Positions 40,723-50,324 of a stretch of DNA of 64,000 bases are shown in pieces (the first letter of the stretch is position 1; each line of letters starts with the position of its first letter). Origin of the DNA: Escherichia coli 042 (GTDB lineage: Bacteria; Pseudomonadota; Gammaproteobacteria; Enterobacterales; Enterobacteriaceae); assembly GCF_000027125.1 (NCBI RefSeq), contig NC_017626.1; one strand, written 5' to 3'. Made by a program: the position numbers and the translations under genes. A model generated the notes under the pieces. That model saw only the letters and a program-made list of their open reading frames with translations, was not told the DNA's origin and ran no database searches.

Positions 40723-41204
40723 TCAGACACTTCCTGAAGTGAATATCCTCAAGGAACCATTATTAAATATAATATTAAATGTAGATTGTCAAATATATTT
40801 GAATATTTATTAAAAATATATTCACAACGACCAATCACAAATAAATTTAATCCCCCATAAATAATTAGAGGATCAAACCAAGTTCCTGATGCCTTATCTC
40901 TTTTATATCTCATGGTATATGTCTGAATGTCAAAACATGGTATATAACAACCAGAGAGCATTTTTATAGGCTGCTATTATCTGACACTCCTTTCCCCGTT
41001 GCTGTTTCCTATAAAAGAGCCAGAGATAGATAATAGCATTTTTATTTCTATCTTATTCACTCTGGATCGCTCGGCTCACAGCTTATTGGGGCGCTCGGAA
41101 CATCAACATAGGATAAAATACCTACCATTTAAATAAATCATAAGATTATACATGTCAAGATAAAGCATGAAATTATATATAGGTTTATCACGGCTATAGA
41201 TACT

Positions 41205-41516
41205 TCACTCCTGCCTCCCAATCATATCCCCAAGAAACCTTTTTCCTCGTAATTTTAATCTTGCTTTATCTTCAATGCTAATATTCGATAATTGTAATAT
41301 CAGTCCTAATATTAACTCCTTATCTACCTCTTCTACTTTACAGCCCATAGCTTTAGCTACCTCAGCACCAAGGATGATCTTCAAGCGTGTCTCTGCGCTC
41401 TTGGATAGAGATTTTTCTTTACTCTTAAGGCGATTCAGACGCATTTGAGCTGATGCTATTTTTTGCTTAATGGTTTTTTCTGATCTCGGCTTTCTACCTT
41501 TATCATCCGTATTCAT
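41205..41516 (-). CDS. Small basic protein, TraD/MobC-like relaxase accessory candidate
   Basis: 103-aa ORF with motif ETRLKIILGAEV resembling the TraD-type (R/K)TRRKI.LGG signature; divergent from the relaxase gene; SD aggaaaag. Confidence 0.5.
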   Translation of the reverse strand: MNTDDKGRKPRSEKTIKQKIASAQMRLNRLKSKEKSLSKSAETRLKIILGAEVAKAMGCKVEEVDKELILGLILQLSNISIEDKARLKLRGKRFLGDMIGRQE

Positions 41517-41633
41517 AATTACTTTTCCTTCTAGTTGTCAAAAACATGGAATACAATTAAAAAAGGAAAAGGTCAAACCATAGGCAGAAGGTTGAATACT
41601 TTTTATTCCAGATTAAATAACGCAGCGCGAGAT

Positions 41634-41693
41634 GATTGTTCAAAACAATCACATTGCTGGAACAGGGTTCATCCCTGTTAATGATAGGATTCA
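41634..41693. repeat. Copy A of a repeated element of about 58 bp with two internal inverted repeats
   Basis: gattgttcaaaacaatcacattgctggaacagggttcatccctgttaatgataggatt; nearly identical copy at 56962-57018. Confidence 0.7.
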
Positions 41694-42124
41694 TCTCAAA
41701 AAATGATGTTTTGGTTTTAAAAATATGATATTAGTAAGCTCAAAATAAAAACATGCAACACATACGAATGCAGTCACTAACATTAATTACCTGATACTCT
41801 CCGCGTTACTTATTTTATTGAATCAATGAAAACAATTTTACCTCTTGCTTTTTGACTCTGATTTCTGGTCTTAACCTGTGAATTGTGCAACACATAAAAG
41901 TATTTATAATTTTCACTATTTATTTTAAATTCTGCTTTCCCGCCTTACGGCGAGAGACTAATTTAACTACTTTTGCCCTTACGGGCGTTTTCTAAACACC
42001 AGAATCCAATATTATTATCCTACCTCAACCGTTTATCCGATTCCTACCTTTTTAATTTCACAGTCTGTAAAACTAGAGCTATTATTTAACTATAGAAAAA
42101 CATAAAACATTGTCGTTATTTTTA

Positions 42125-42236
42125 GCTCCTTTAGGAGATATAAAAATAAAGCAATGCCCACCTATACACTGCTACGCAGTGTGTGGGGTCTACCGACGGT
42201 TGCCTGCCGCAGGCTAACACCGTTTCCTTCGGAAAC
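42125..42236. promoter_or_regulatory. Candidate origin of transfer (oriT): cluster of inverted repeats
   Basis: IRs ctcct-tt-aggag, acactgc-tac-gcagtgt, gcctgc-c-gcaggc and gtttcc-ttc-ggaaac in a GC-richer patch between the divergent TraD-like and relaxase genes. Confidence 0.45.
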
Positions 42237-42351
42237 AAGGTCAACGTCAACACCAGAGTTTTTCTTACGAAAAACTAAAACCAGCTGAGTCGTATTGGAG
42301 ATTTATATTTTGGTTTGATATTTAAATTTATTTTGAGGTTGTTTTTATTAT

Positions 42352-43860
42352 ATGGCTATTTTTCATCTGGATTTTAAAATTGTGAAACGTTCTGAAGGCA
42401 GATCTTCCGTTGCGAAAGCTGCCTATCATGCTCGTACACGTATAACAGATGAAAGAACAGGTGATACCTATGATTATAGTCGCCGTACCGATTTATACGG
42501 ACATTTCATATTAGCACCAATTAATGCTCCAGAACATATCGTGAAAGACTCTACAGCATTGTGGAATGAAGTTGAAAGAGTTGAGCGCCAGAGCAATGGT
42601 CAAACATCCCGTTATTTCGATGTTGCCATACCTGCCGAGTTAAACAATGACGACAAGAAAAGACTTGTCCTTGAGTATTGTCAGAAAAATTTCGTTGATA
42701 AAGGCATGATTGCCGATATCGCTTTCCACGATCTTGATAGCGATAATCCTCATGCTCACGTTATGTTGACATTAAAAACCATAGGCCCTGAAGGTTTTGG
42801 TAAAAAAGAAAGAAGCTGGAACGACAGAAAAATGTCTGTTATATGGCGTGAATCATGGGCATCTATGGCTAACAGCTACCTTGCTGCCGCTGGCTCGTCA
42901 GAACGTATTGACCATCGTTCTCTTCAGGCCCAGCATGAAGAGGCATTAGAAAAAGCGGCGGTAGCTTTAGATAATGAAGAAAAAGCGCTATGGCTTGCTA
43001 AAGCCGCTGAAACAAACCGTCCTCCAATGAAGCGTATCCATAGTGCCAAATGGCGTAGTAAAGCAGCACAAGAGCAAAGAGCAGCAGAACAGGCTGTTCG
43101 TGATGCTGCCAAGCAGGAAGCGGTTGAAGTCTACAAGACTTTCAGCGAACTTGATCTTGAAATCGTCGTTGATGTCAGAAGCTTCACCGTGGCTGCTCTT
43201 GCTGAACCAGAAGAGATTGTATTACCAGAAACGCGCTCCGGCTCTTCTTCTCATGAAGCACAAAGTCCTGTATTGGTAGCGCCTATTCCTCATACTCATG
43301 TGCGTGGAGTTAAATCTTACCGCGATAAAGAAAAAGTGAGTAAAGTTGTCATTAATAATATATCAGAACCAAATGTTGCTGATGCTGACATAAACACTCT
43401 TTGGAAAACATCTCCATCTAAAACCAAAAATATGGCATCCAAAAGTACCGCTGAAAGTGTTAAAAGGAAACAGGCTAATCCGCGTCAGGATAATATCTTT
43501 AAACGCTTTACAACGCTTTTGATCGGTTTCTTCAAAGAGAAATTTATATGGGCTAAGAAGAAACCTGATCCTACCGAGATTGAACATGACAGGCATGTAG
43601 CAGAAAATTACGTCTTTGATGAAGTGCTGGGTGTCTATGTATCACGCGCTGACCATGAACAACGAGCCAGATTCAACGGTGATGATAAAGAGTTCTCTGG
43701 TTACAAGCCAACACCTGATGAGATTAAGCGTTTTCCAAGCCGTCTAGCTAATACAGCACAAACTGATAGAGAGCTCGACTACATGCCTTCGCTCGTGGCT
43801 GATAAGAAATCGTTAGCACCTAAATTGAAACCAAATGCTCCCTATAAAAATAGATTATAA
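42352..43860 (+). CDS. MobA/MobL-family (MobQ-type) relaxase
   Basis: N-terminal relaxase signatures: AKAAYHARTRITDERTGDTYDYS (catalytic Tyr region), LWNEVERVERQSNGQTSRYFDVAIPAEL and the histidine triad HDLDSDNPHAHVM; SD gaggt. Confidence 0.85.
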   Translation: MAIFHLDFKIVKRSEGRSSVAKAAYHARTRITDERTGDTYDYSRRTDLYGHFILAPINAPEHIVKDSTALWNEVERVERQSNGQTSRYFDVAIPAELNNDDKKRLVLEYCQKNFVDKGMIADIAFHDLDSDNPHAHVMLTLKTIGPEGFGKKERSWNDRKMSVIWRESWASMANSYLAAAGSSERIDHRSLQAQHEEALEKAAVALDNEEKALWLAKAAETNRPPMKRIHSAKWRSKAAQEQRAAEQAVRDAAKQEAVEVYKTFSELDLEIVVDVRSFTVAALAEPEEIVLPETRSGSSSHEAQSPVLVAPIPHTHVRGVKSYRDKEKVSKVVINNISEPNVADADINTLWKTSPSKTKNMASKSTAESVKRKQANPRQDNIFKRFTTLLIGFFKEKFIWAKKKPDPTEIEHDRHVAENYVFDEVLGVYVSRADHEQRARFNGDDKEFSGYKPTPDEIKRFPSRLANTAQTDRELDYMPSLVADKKSLAPKLKPNAPYKNRL

Positions 43861-44097
43861 ATGATAATATAATTCCCAAAAATATATCTTTCCCCTAAAG
43901 ATTGACCATATCATATACTAAATAACATCATGACTATATTCCTAAGTACTCAAAACCTTGAATTCTATCAACTAAAATGGTATATTATTTTGTTTTTTTG
44001 ATTTTCAATTGCATTGTGATAAGATATTTCATACATTGATTGAGAATATTAAAGAAACGATAATGTATCTTACTTTCATCAATTAGTCGAGGTTATC

Positions 44098-44628
44098 ATG
44101 TCAACTCCTGAGGATGCTTTCAAAAAAAAATTACTAGCTGCTCAACAAGAAAAAGATGAACTTGTTAGGAAAAATCAAATTGATGCAGAGCGTAAAAAAC
44201 AAATCATTGCTGAAAAAATTAGTTTTTATCAAAAACACCAAAATGATTTCATACAACAAGTTATTGAATGGGCCAGTAGTGCAGATTTAAATATCTCATC
44301 ACTTAACATTAGTTATTACGATTATGGTCATTTATTTCAAACAACAGGCATAAGCATTGAATATGATGGTAAAAAAGTTCAGTTTATTCCGCAAGGAGTA
44401 GAACGTGGAACTTTTCTAGGTATCATAAAATTAGATTTTACTAACGCAAATTCATTCATTCAATACTATTTCGGTTTGTCTGCCAATAAAAATGAAGCCG
44501 AACCATATTGGACTTTTGTTCAATATGATACTCAAAACCCTAGTGCTTGGCAGGAAAACTCAAAGCGCATGTCAAAAGAGCTATTCTTTGAAATAATTGA
44601 AAGTATATTACTTCCACCAAAATCATGA
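44098..44628 (+). CDS. Hypothetical protein (176 aa)
   Basis: ORF with SD gaggt upstream; no recognisable motif. Confidence 0.55.
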   Translation: MSTPEDAFKKKLLAAQQEKDELVRKNQIDAERKKQIIAEKISFYQKHQNDFIQQVIEWASSADLNISSLNISYYDYGHLFQTTGISIEYDGKKVQFIPQGVERGTFLGIIKLDFTNANSFIQYYFGLSANKNEAEPYWTFVQYDTQNPSAWQENSKRMSKELFFEIIESILLPPKS

Positions 44629-44947
44629 ATATTGAATATTAGAAAAGCACTCAAGCAGTGCTTTTCTAAATACCATACTCATTTCATTATAAATGAACCT
44701 CGATTTTAATAATTTATACCCTGCCCCCATAATCTTTAATTGCCATATTTATTAATACTGAGATTTAAGCTGTGAGATATATATTTAATATAAAACCACG
44801 ATCGTGTGATAAGACGTTTTCTATATTTACTGGAAATATTAAAATCAAACTCTCCGCTTAAACATAACATTATCATTTATGCCTTGCTATTGGTAAGTAT
44901 TAATTTTTTATCTATACAAGAATCTATTATTCAGATAAAGATTCATC

Positions 44948-45208
44948 TTATTCCGCCCTGTCATAAAAATAAAATGACCAAGCATCACAGAACCATTTAA
45001 TATTTTTATCATCAGATGGATATTCATATCCTTTAAGATTCTCTTTGAGAAAAGATATTTGTGATGGCATCAGCATCCCAACAAGTATCTTTATTAGATC
45101 TTCTGAAGGATATTTATCAAACTCATCTCTGTTAATACCTGTTTTTTCTTCAATGATCACTGAAGCTTTAACTATCTCACATAAAACATCATCTTTTTTA
45201 TTTCTCAT
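44948..45208 (-). CDS. Hypothetical small protein (86 aa)
   Basis: ORF with strong SD aaggaga before the internal ATG (MRNKKDD...); the track ORF is longer. Confidence 0.5.
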   Translation of the reverse strand: MRNKKDDVLCEIVKASVIIEEKTGINRDEFDKYPSEDLIKILVGMLMPSQISFLKENLKGYEYPSDDKNIKWFCDAWSFYFYDRAE

Positions 45209-45379
45209 TATTATCTCCTTTATTGTTTTATATTTAATACCATATAAACAATAAATGTCAAAAATATTTAAAGACAATTTAAGAACAATCAACCCTGAAT
45301 GTATTTGATATGTTGTTCAATACAATAAGCCCTGTATCAAACAGGGCTATATGAATTAAAGGTTACAGATTAAAAAAAC

Positions 45380-46030
45380 TTACCAGCTATCATTATTTCG
45401 CTTTTCAATTGCATCACGATAACGCTGTTGTTCCACAACATCCAGATTTGGATCAAATAACACACTTGATCCTTTCACAGCAATATCGGCATCAATCTCT
45501 GATTGGGGAGCATAGGCCTTATAACCATTAGGCTGTGAAGTGGCTGTGCGGATATATGTCCCATAGTGTTTCCCATTCATAGAACAACCGATGTAAGCCA
45601 ACAGGCAGGCAAACAGGAAAAAGAATGTCCATACTGTATTATAGCCGTTAATCGTATATCCACTTCCATTCACATCTGAAAACACGCCATTAAACCTGAC
45701 CGCATAGACAATCAGGAACGATGAAAGGATAACGGTTCTGCTTTTACCAACAGTTAAATGTTTACGCACAAATTTCACTGTTGGTAGTAGAGTGACCATA
45801 AAAAGAGCGATAGCAACACATACCAGCCATATAGGAAACAGTCCATATTTTTGTGTAATGTTCTGCGATACCGTCACCAAGGACAGCACCAAGAAGGCGT
45901 TGAGCAGAAAAAGTCTGACCGCCATCCATACCTTCACGTTCTTTTGCGTCTTACGGAGAAACAGCATCGGAGTCAGTGATGGTATGTTCATCAGCAGACC
46001 GATGATAAGCACCCAATAGATAGAGTTCAT
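45380..46030 (-). CDS. Hypothetical integral membrane protein (216 aa)
   Basis: Several hydrophobic segments; SD aggaag; last gene of a three-gene minus-strand operon. Confidence 0.6.
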   Translation of the reverse strand: MNSIYWVLIIGLLMNIPSLTPMLFLRKTQKNVKVWMAVRLFLLNAFLVLSLVTVSQNITQKYGLFPIWLVCVAIALFMVTLLPTVKFVRKHLTVGKSRTVILSSFLIVYAVRFNGVFSDVNGSGYTINGYNTVWTFFFLFACLLAYIGCSMNGKHYGTYIRTATSQPNGYKAYAPQSEIDADIAVKGSSVLFDPNLDVVEQQRYRDAIEKRNNDSW

Positions 46031-46046
46031 AGCGTTCTTCCTGTAA

Positions 46047-46601
46047 TTACCGGGCTTGCCAACCGTTATTGATTTTCACCAGAACAATTTTGGCTTCTTC
46101 TGGTTCAGACATCCCTTTCACGCCAGAGAAGGCATTTTTATCAACCCAGCCCGGCACGCCATCCAGTTTCCACGTATAGGTCACTTGCGTCATTTTAACG
46201 CCATTACCCTCACTCGGTTCAGTCCAGCTTTTAACCTCAGCTACGGCACGGTGACCAACACAGGCACCATCTTTACGATCCCAAAACTCAACCTCTTGGC
46301 CTTTGTCTGTTACTTCCAGAACATCTACGCTGCTAAAGCCGTTAGGTTGCTGCGAAACATCAAGCAGTCCCTGATTAGCCAGACCTTTCAAGATTTCATC
46401 ACTGGCACTGTATCCAGCAGAACGATAGCCATGGTTGACCTTAACCGGAAAACCTTTATTGAACGTAAAGTCATTGTCCTGAAGGGAGTAGCAGACCTTA
46501 GATTTTGATATATGCTCGTTTATCGCTTTCTCAAAGTCGCCTTTTTCACCGCAGCCTGATAACAACACGGCAAGTCCTGCAATGACTAAAAATTTACTCA
46601 T
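46047..46601 (-). CDS. Hypothetical lipoprotein (184 aa)
   Basis: Signal peptide with lipobox LLSGCG; SD aaggaa. Confidence 0.65.
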   Translation of the reverse strand: MSKFLVIAGLAVLLSGCGEKGDFEKAINEHISKSKVCYSLQDNDFTFNKGFPVKVNHGYRSAGYSASDEILKGLANQGLLDVSQQPNGFSSVDVLEVTDKGQEVEFWDRKDGACVGHRAVAEVKSWTEPSEGNGVKMTQVTYTWKLDGVPGWVDKNAFSGVKGMSEPEEAKIVLVKINNGWQAR

Positions 46602-46615
46602 GGTTCTTATTCCTT

Positions 46616-47194
46616 TTAATGATTGATAGTGCCGTTTCTCAGAACAACCAGACGAACTGGCATATCGGCATTGTTTACTGTGGCGAAGCCACGAACTTCG
46701 AAGTTGTTGACTGTTCCAGTGACACTGACTTTCTGGCCTTTCTTGTAAGTAAGAACCGCATCATCAATACCAGAGTAGTAATCCAGCCAGACCATCCCGC
46801 CGCAGTAGCTTGTATCGGCTGTTTTAAAGAGCAGATAATAATTAGGGGCTGATTTGGGCATTCCCGTCATCATATCGCTGGCACTTCTGCCCTTCGTAAC
46901 CTCAAGAACAGTGGCATTGGTGATAGCGATCCTTTTGCCAGTCCATTTTTTTTCTGCTGCCATCGCATTTTCTTCATAGTCTTTGCAGACAGCACCAAGG
47001 CCAGTAATGGACGTCGCTGGACCACTATCCTGACCGGAAGCTGAAACCCGCAGCGCTTTATCAACGGTGCTGTTCAATGATGCCAGTGAAGAGTTAATTG
47101 CCCCATTAACGCTATTCACGCCTTCGTTGAGTTGCTGGCAGCCAGAAAGAAACACCAGAGAGATCGCCAGTGGTAAGAAGTTATGTCCTTTCAT
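46616..47194 (-). CDS. Hypothetical lipoprotein (192 aa)
   Basis: Signal peptide with lipobox FLSGCQ; SD gaggaa. Confidence 0.65.
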   Translation of the reverse strand: MKGHNFLPLAISLVFLSGCQQLNEGVNSVNGAINSSLASLNSTVDKALRVSASGQDSGPATSITGLGAVCKDYEENAMAAEKKWTGKRIAITNATVLEVTKGRSASDMMTGMPKSAPNYYLLFKTADTSYCGGMVWLDYYSGIDDAVLTYKKGQKVSVTGTVNNFEVRGFATVNNADMPVRLVVLRNGTINH

Positions 47195-47319
47195 TTATTC
47201 CTCAAGGATTTAGTCAGATTCGTATACCCCAATCCCGGCGCACTGACCTATAGATCAGGAGTTATCGTCTAATCAATTGATAGAATTGAATTATTTTTAG
47301 TGTTCGTCACATCGTTTAA

Positions 47320-47452
47320 ATCGATCGATATAAAACAAATGATAGACTCAGGCTATCATAGATAATATATCGATCGATAATATCAATTAAAAAACCGATC
47401 GATAAATCACTTTCAATCGTTAATGCCTATCAATATAAATTTATCGATCGAT
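47320..47452. repeat. Four copies of palindromic (A)TCGATCGAT(A), each with a GATC site, plus an IR TGATAG-N7-CTATCA
   Basis: Copies at 47320-47330, 47369-47379, 47395-47404 and 47442-47452 in the divergent intergenic region. Confidence 0.75.
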
Positions 47453-47529
47453 TTTACAGATCATTTTGCTTGAGTATGTTGGCACTGGCGGCTATGCTGG
47501 GCTGAGATAAAGCAGTAAAACAGAGAGGG

Positions 47530-47985
47530 ATGAGCATGGAAAACAACAACGAGCGAAGCTCTATGGAAATCTTCGAAAAAGATCAAAAAATCGCTTTTGT
47601 TGACTCGTTCAGCGATGCTGCTTTGTCTTACGAATACGAACAGGCGGGCTTCACCATTAATTTAATGCAACGCTCGGTTCTTCTCTTTAACCATAATATA
47701 AAGAAAAACGTAACTGCCAAGCAGTTGCGTAAAAATAATATAAAGAATAACGTAATGTCTTCGACATTGCGTAAAAATATGAACAGCACATTTATATATT
47801 CATATAACAACATCAGGGAAATCAACTACTCGCTGCCTGATTGCAGATCCGATGATGCCGAGAACTGTATTATGATTGATGATGTATTAAATCCAGTCTG
47901 GACGTTCAGGGTTCCATCTCACGCACATTATATTTGCGAGCAATGGGTGGAAGTATTTAATAACCATATTTTCTTTGACCCATAA
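47530..47985 (+). CDS. Hypothetical protein (151 aa)
   Basis: ORF with SD gaggga; AT-rich. Confidence 0.55.
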   Translation: MSMENNNERSSMEIFEKDQKIAFVDSFSDAALSYEYEQAGFTINLMQRSVLLFNHNIKKNVTAKQLRKNNIKNNVMSSTLRKNMNSTFIYSYNNIREINYSLPDCRSDDAENCIMIDDVLNPVWTFRVPSHAHYICEQWVEVFNNHIFFDP

Positions 47986-48110
47986 ACAAAGTATTAAGCA
48001 AAAGGAAAATAAATATCTGACTAATGATATTAATTAATAGAATTATTTGCTTTTTAGCAAATTAATGTTTAATTATATACACATAGAATAATTGATATCG
48101 AGGTATATTT

Positions 48111-48581
48111 ATGTCTGGGAAAAATCCTTTTTGGAATTATGATTATAATGCGGCGCAACGTAATAGAGAAATTGTAGACTCTTACCAACAGGCAAATGAG
48201 GCAAGGCTGGATTCTCAACAGGCGCAGTTTGAAGCGTCTATGGCTAATGACAGGGTTAGCAGAATACAGATGCAGTTGAATAACACAATCAATAGCCATA
48301 AGAAGGTTGTGGCTGATTATGAGCAACGTCTTGAAGAATATAAACAAAATTTCTTTCGTGTAGCTTTACATAAAAACATTCTCTTCAGAACGGTTCGCAG
48401 ACTTCAGGAGGAATGGCCGGATAAAAATGAATTCATCCTTGATGAAATGCAAAGACAAAGAATTTTGTGTAATCAGCAGGACTATAGAGAAAGATGGTGG
48501 AATGCCATAAAAGATAATAATCTTGCTGACGATTATCTTGAGTTTCCATTTCCTAATAGAGAGATAAAAAACAAACCATAA
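48111..48581 (+). CDS. Hypothetical protein (156 aa), predicted coiled-coil
   Basis: ORF with SD gaggta; Gln/Arg-rich heptad-like sequence. Confidence 0.55.
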   Translation: MSGKNPFWNYDYNAAQRNREIVDSYQQANEARLDSQQAQFEASMANDRVSRIQMQLNNTINSHKKVVADYEQRLEEYKQNFFRVALHKNILFRTVRRLQEEWPDKNEFILDEMQRQRILCNQQDYRERWWNAIKDNNLADDYLEFPFPNREIKNKP

Positions 48582-48695
48582 TAAGTAATTAACTATTCGT
48601 TCATAACATTATATTTATTTTAATAAGACACTAACCTGCTGTGTCTCCTAAAAACACGCCTATACATCAACCATCCATTTTATGGAATACTCATC

Positions 48696-48974
48696 ATGAC
48701 AACTACTTTGCATCCAAATTACGTTGTTGTATCAAAGCTAATATCTAAGTTTGACATTACACATGATAGTAGAGATGAGAATATTAATATCTTGATTTCT
48801 GTCATTTATGACTTGGATAACGGCAATACAATCGAATACTACATTAATAATCAGGAAGAGGCCGAGAAAAAATGCATTGAGAAAAACAGATTTTCAAGGA
48901 AATTTAAAAACCGCATTGATAATATATCACCTGAAGAAATCCGCTCGGCTAAAGATAATCACAAACCCAAATAA
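48696..48974 (+). CDS. Hypothetical protein (92 aa)
   Basis: ORF only; weak SD. Confidence 0.4.
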   Translation: MTTTLHPNYVVVSKLISKFDITHDSRDENINILISVIYDLDNGNTIEYYINNQEEAEKKCIEKNRFSRKFKNRIDNISPEEIRSAKDNHKPK

Positions 48975-49097
48975 TAAATTTGAACTCAGGATGGAACTAA
49001 TGTCTATACCGTATAATGTATTGATTTTGTGCACAGGAACGATTAAAACTATGATGTTATTGCTTGTATTCTTTACCACAAACATTAGGGAAATCGC

Positions 49098-49505
49098 ATG
49101 TCTGATGCTTTAAAGATCATCAACAATATTCGTACTCTCCGTGCTCAGGCTCGTGAACTGACACTCGAAACCTTGGAAGAGATGTTAGAAAAACTCACTA
49201 TCGTTGTAGAAGAACGTCGTGAAGAAGAGGCCTCATTTCTAAAACAGCAGGAAGAGAAACAGGCCAAGCTGGAAGCATTCCGTCAGAAGTTGTTGGAAGA
49301 TGGCATAGACCCGGCAGAGTTGCTTTCAACTGTTAGCCCATCTTCTTCCAAGACAGGAGCGAAACGCGCCCCACGTCCAGCTAAGTATAAATATGTTGAT
49401 ACCGATGGTTCGGAAAAGACGTGGACAGGTCAGGGCCGAACTCCTCGTGCTATCGCTGCTGCGCTCGAAGCCGGTAAGACACTGGAAGATTTCGAGATCA
49501 AGTAA
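49098..49505 (+). CDS. H-NS family nucleoid-associated protein (island-encoded paralogue)
   Basis: 135 aa; [33 protein letters not shown]... and C-terminal DNA-binding motif TWTGQGRTP, very close to recalled H-NS/StpA. Confidence 0.9.
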   Translation: MSDALKIINNIRTLRAQARELTLETLEEMLEKLTIVVEERREEEASFLKQQEEKQAKLEAFRQKLLEDGIDPAELLSTVSPSSSKTGAKRAPRPAKYKYVDTDGSEKTWTGQGRTPRAIAAALEAGKTLEDFEIK

Positions 49506-49517
49506 TCTTCATACCAT

Positions 49518-50066
49518 ATGTCTACCAAATCCGCTCATTTTTCTTGGGCGGGTTTGTTGAACCAACCTACAGGGATTAACATGCCAATAAAAGAGTTCTT
49601 AATTATGAAATCAAAAGCCTTTATTAACTTCATGCGCACTGAACTAAAAAACACATTTACAACTTCTCCTTGCGAAAATAAATTAAGAAAGGCTATTTTT
49701 ATTTTTTCTTTATTAAATGCCTTAAATATCATAGGTTATTACATCCTCACATATAGTATGCAAATCCTGTTCCTGTTGCCTATTATTTGGGGAGGGTTAT
49801 TAGCACACGGGACTTACAAACGCTATGGAGATTTGCTTAGATCTGGTTCTGATTGTGCTCTTTTTCTGGTGGCTACTATTACATCAGCATATCTCGTCAT
49901 TAACACAGCAAGTGATGATGTCGATTTTTTTGAAAAGCATATGATAAATGGATTAGGTTTTTTGATTACATATGTTTTTGCTGTAGCTGCATCCGTTCGT
50001 TTTTATATCAGTGCAATAGATTTATATAATAGCTTTATTTCTTTTAAAAAATCAAAAGAAAAATGA
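49518..50066 (+). CDS. Hypothetical membrane protein (about 160-182 aa)
   Basis: Hydrophobic segments; start codon uncertain. Confidence 0.45.
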   Translation: MSTKSAHFSWAGLLNQPTGINMPIKEFLIMKSKAFINFMRTELKNTFTTSPCENKLRKAIFIFSLLNALNIIGYYILTYSMQILFLLPIIWGGLLAHGTYKRYGDLLRSGSDCALFLVATITSAYLVINTASDDVDFFEKHMINGLGFLITYVFAVAASVRFYISAIDLYNSFISFKKSKEK

Positions 50067-50324
50067 AATCACTCATCCTTAGAGTCCATATCTGCCCTGA
50101 GGATGATATACCAAAATACATGTATAAAGATAAACAATAAATTAAATGCATAAACCTTTTGATTCATTGCTATTAAGTTCACAAAAACACTCACAATAAG
50201 AAATAAATAGTTCTTTTTTCTATGTTCTTTTAGATACCTGATGAATAACATAATAACCTCCATATTGAAAATATGGAAATTATTTAACATCTATCATTAA
50301 TAAGTCAAGGCAGTCTACAGGAAT

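Noticed and set aside
40749-41200. Low-complexity AT-rich stretch with a 70-aa ORF between the RM and mobilisation modules
   Set aside because: No SD and no coherent protein-like sequence; treated as intergenic, though it could hold promoters for the TraD-like gene.
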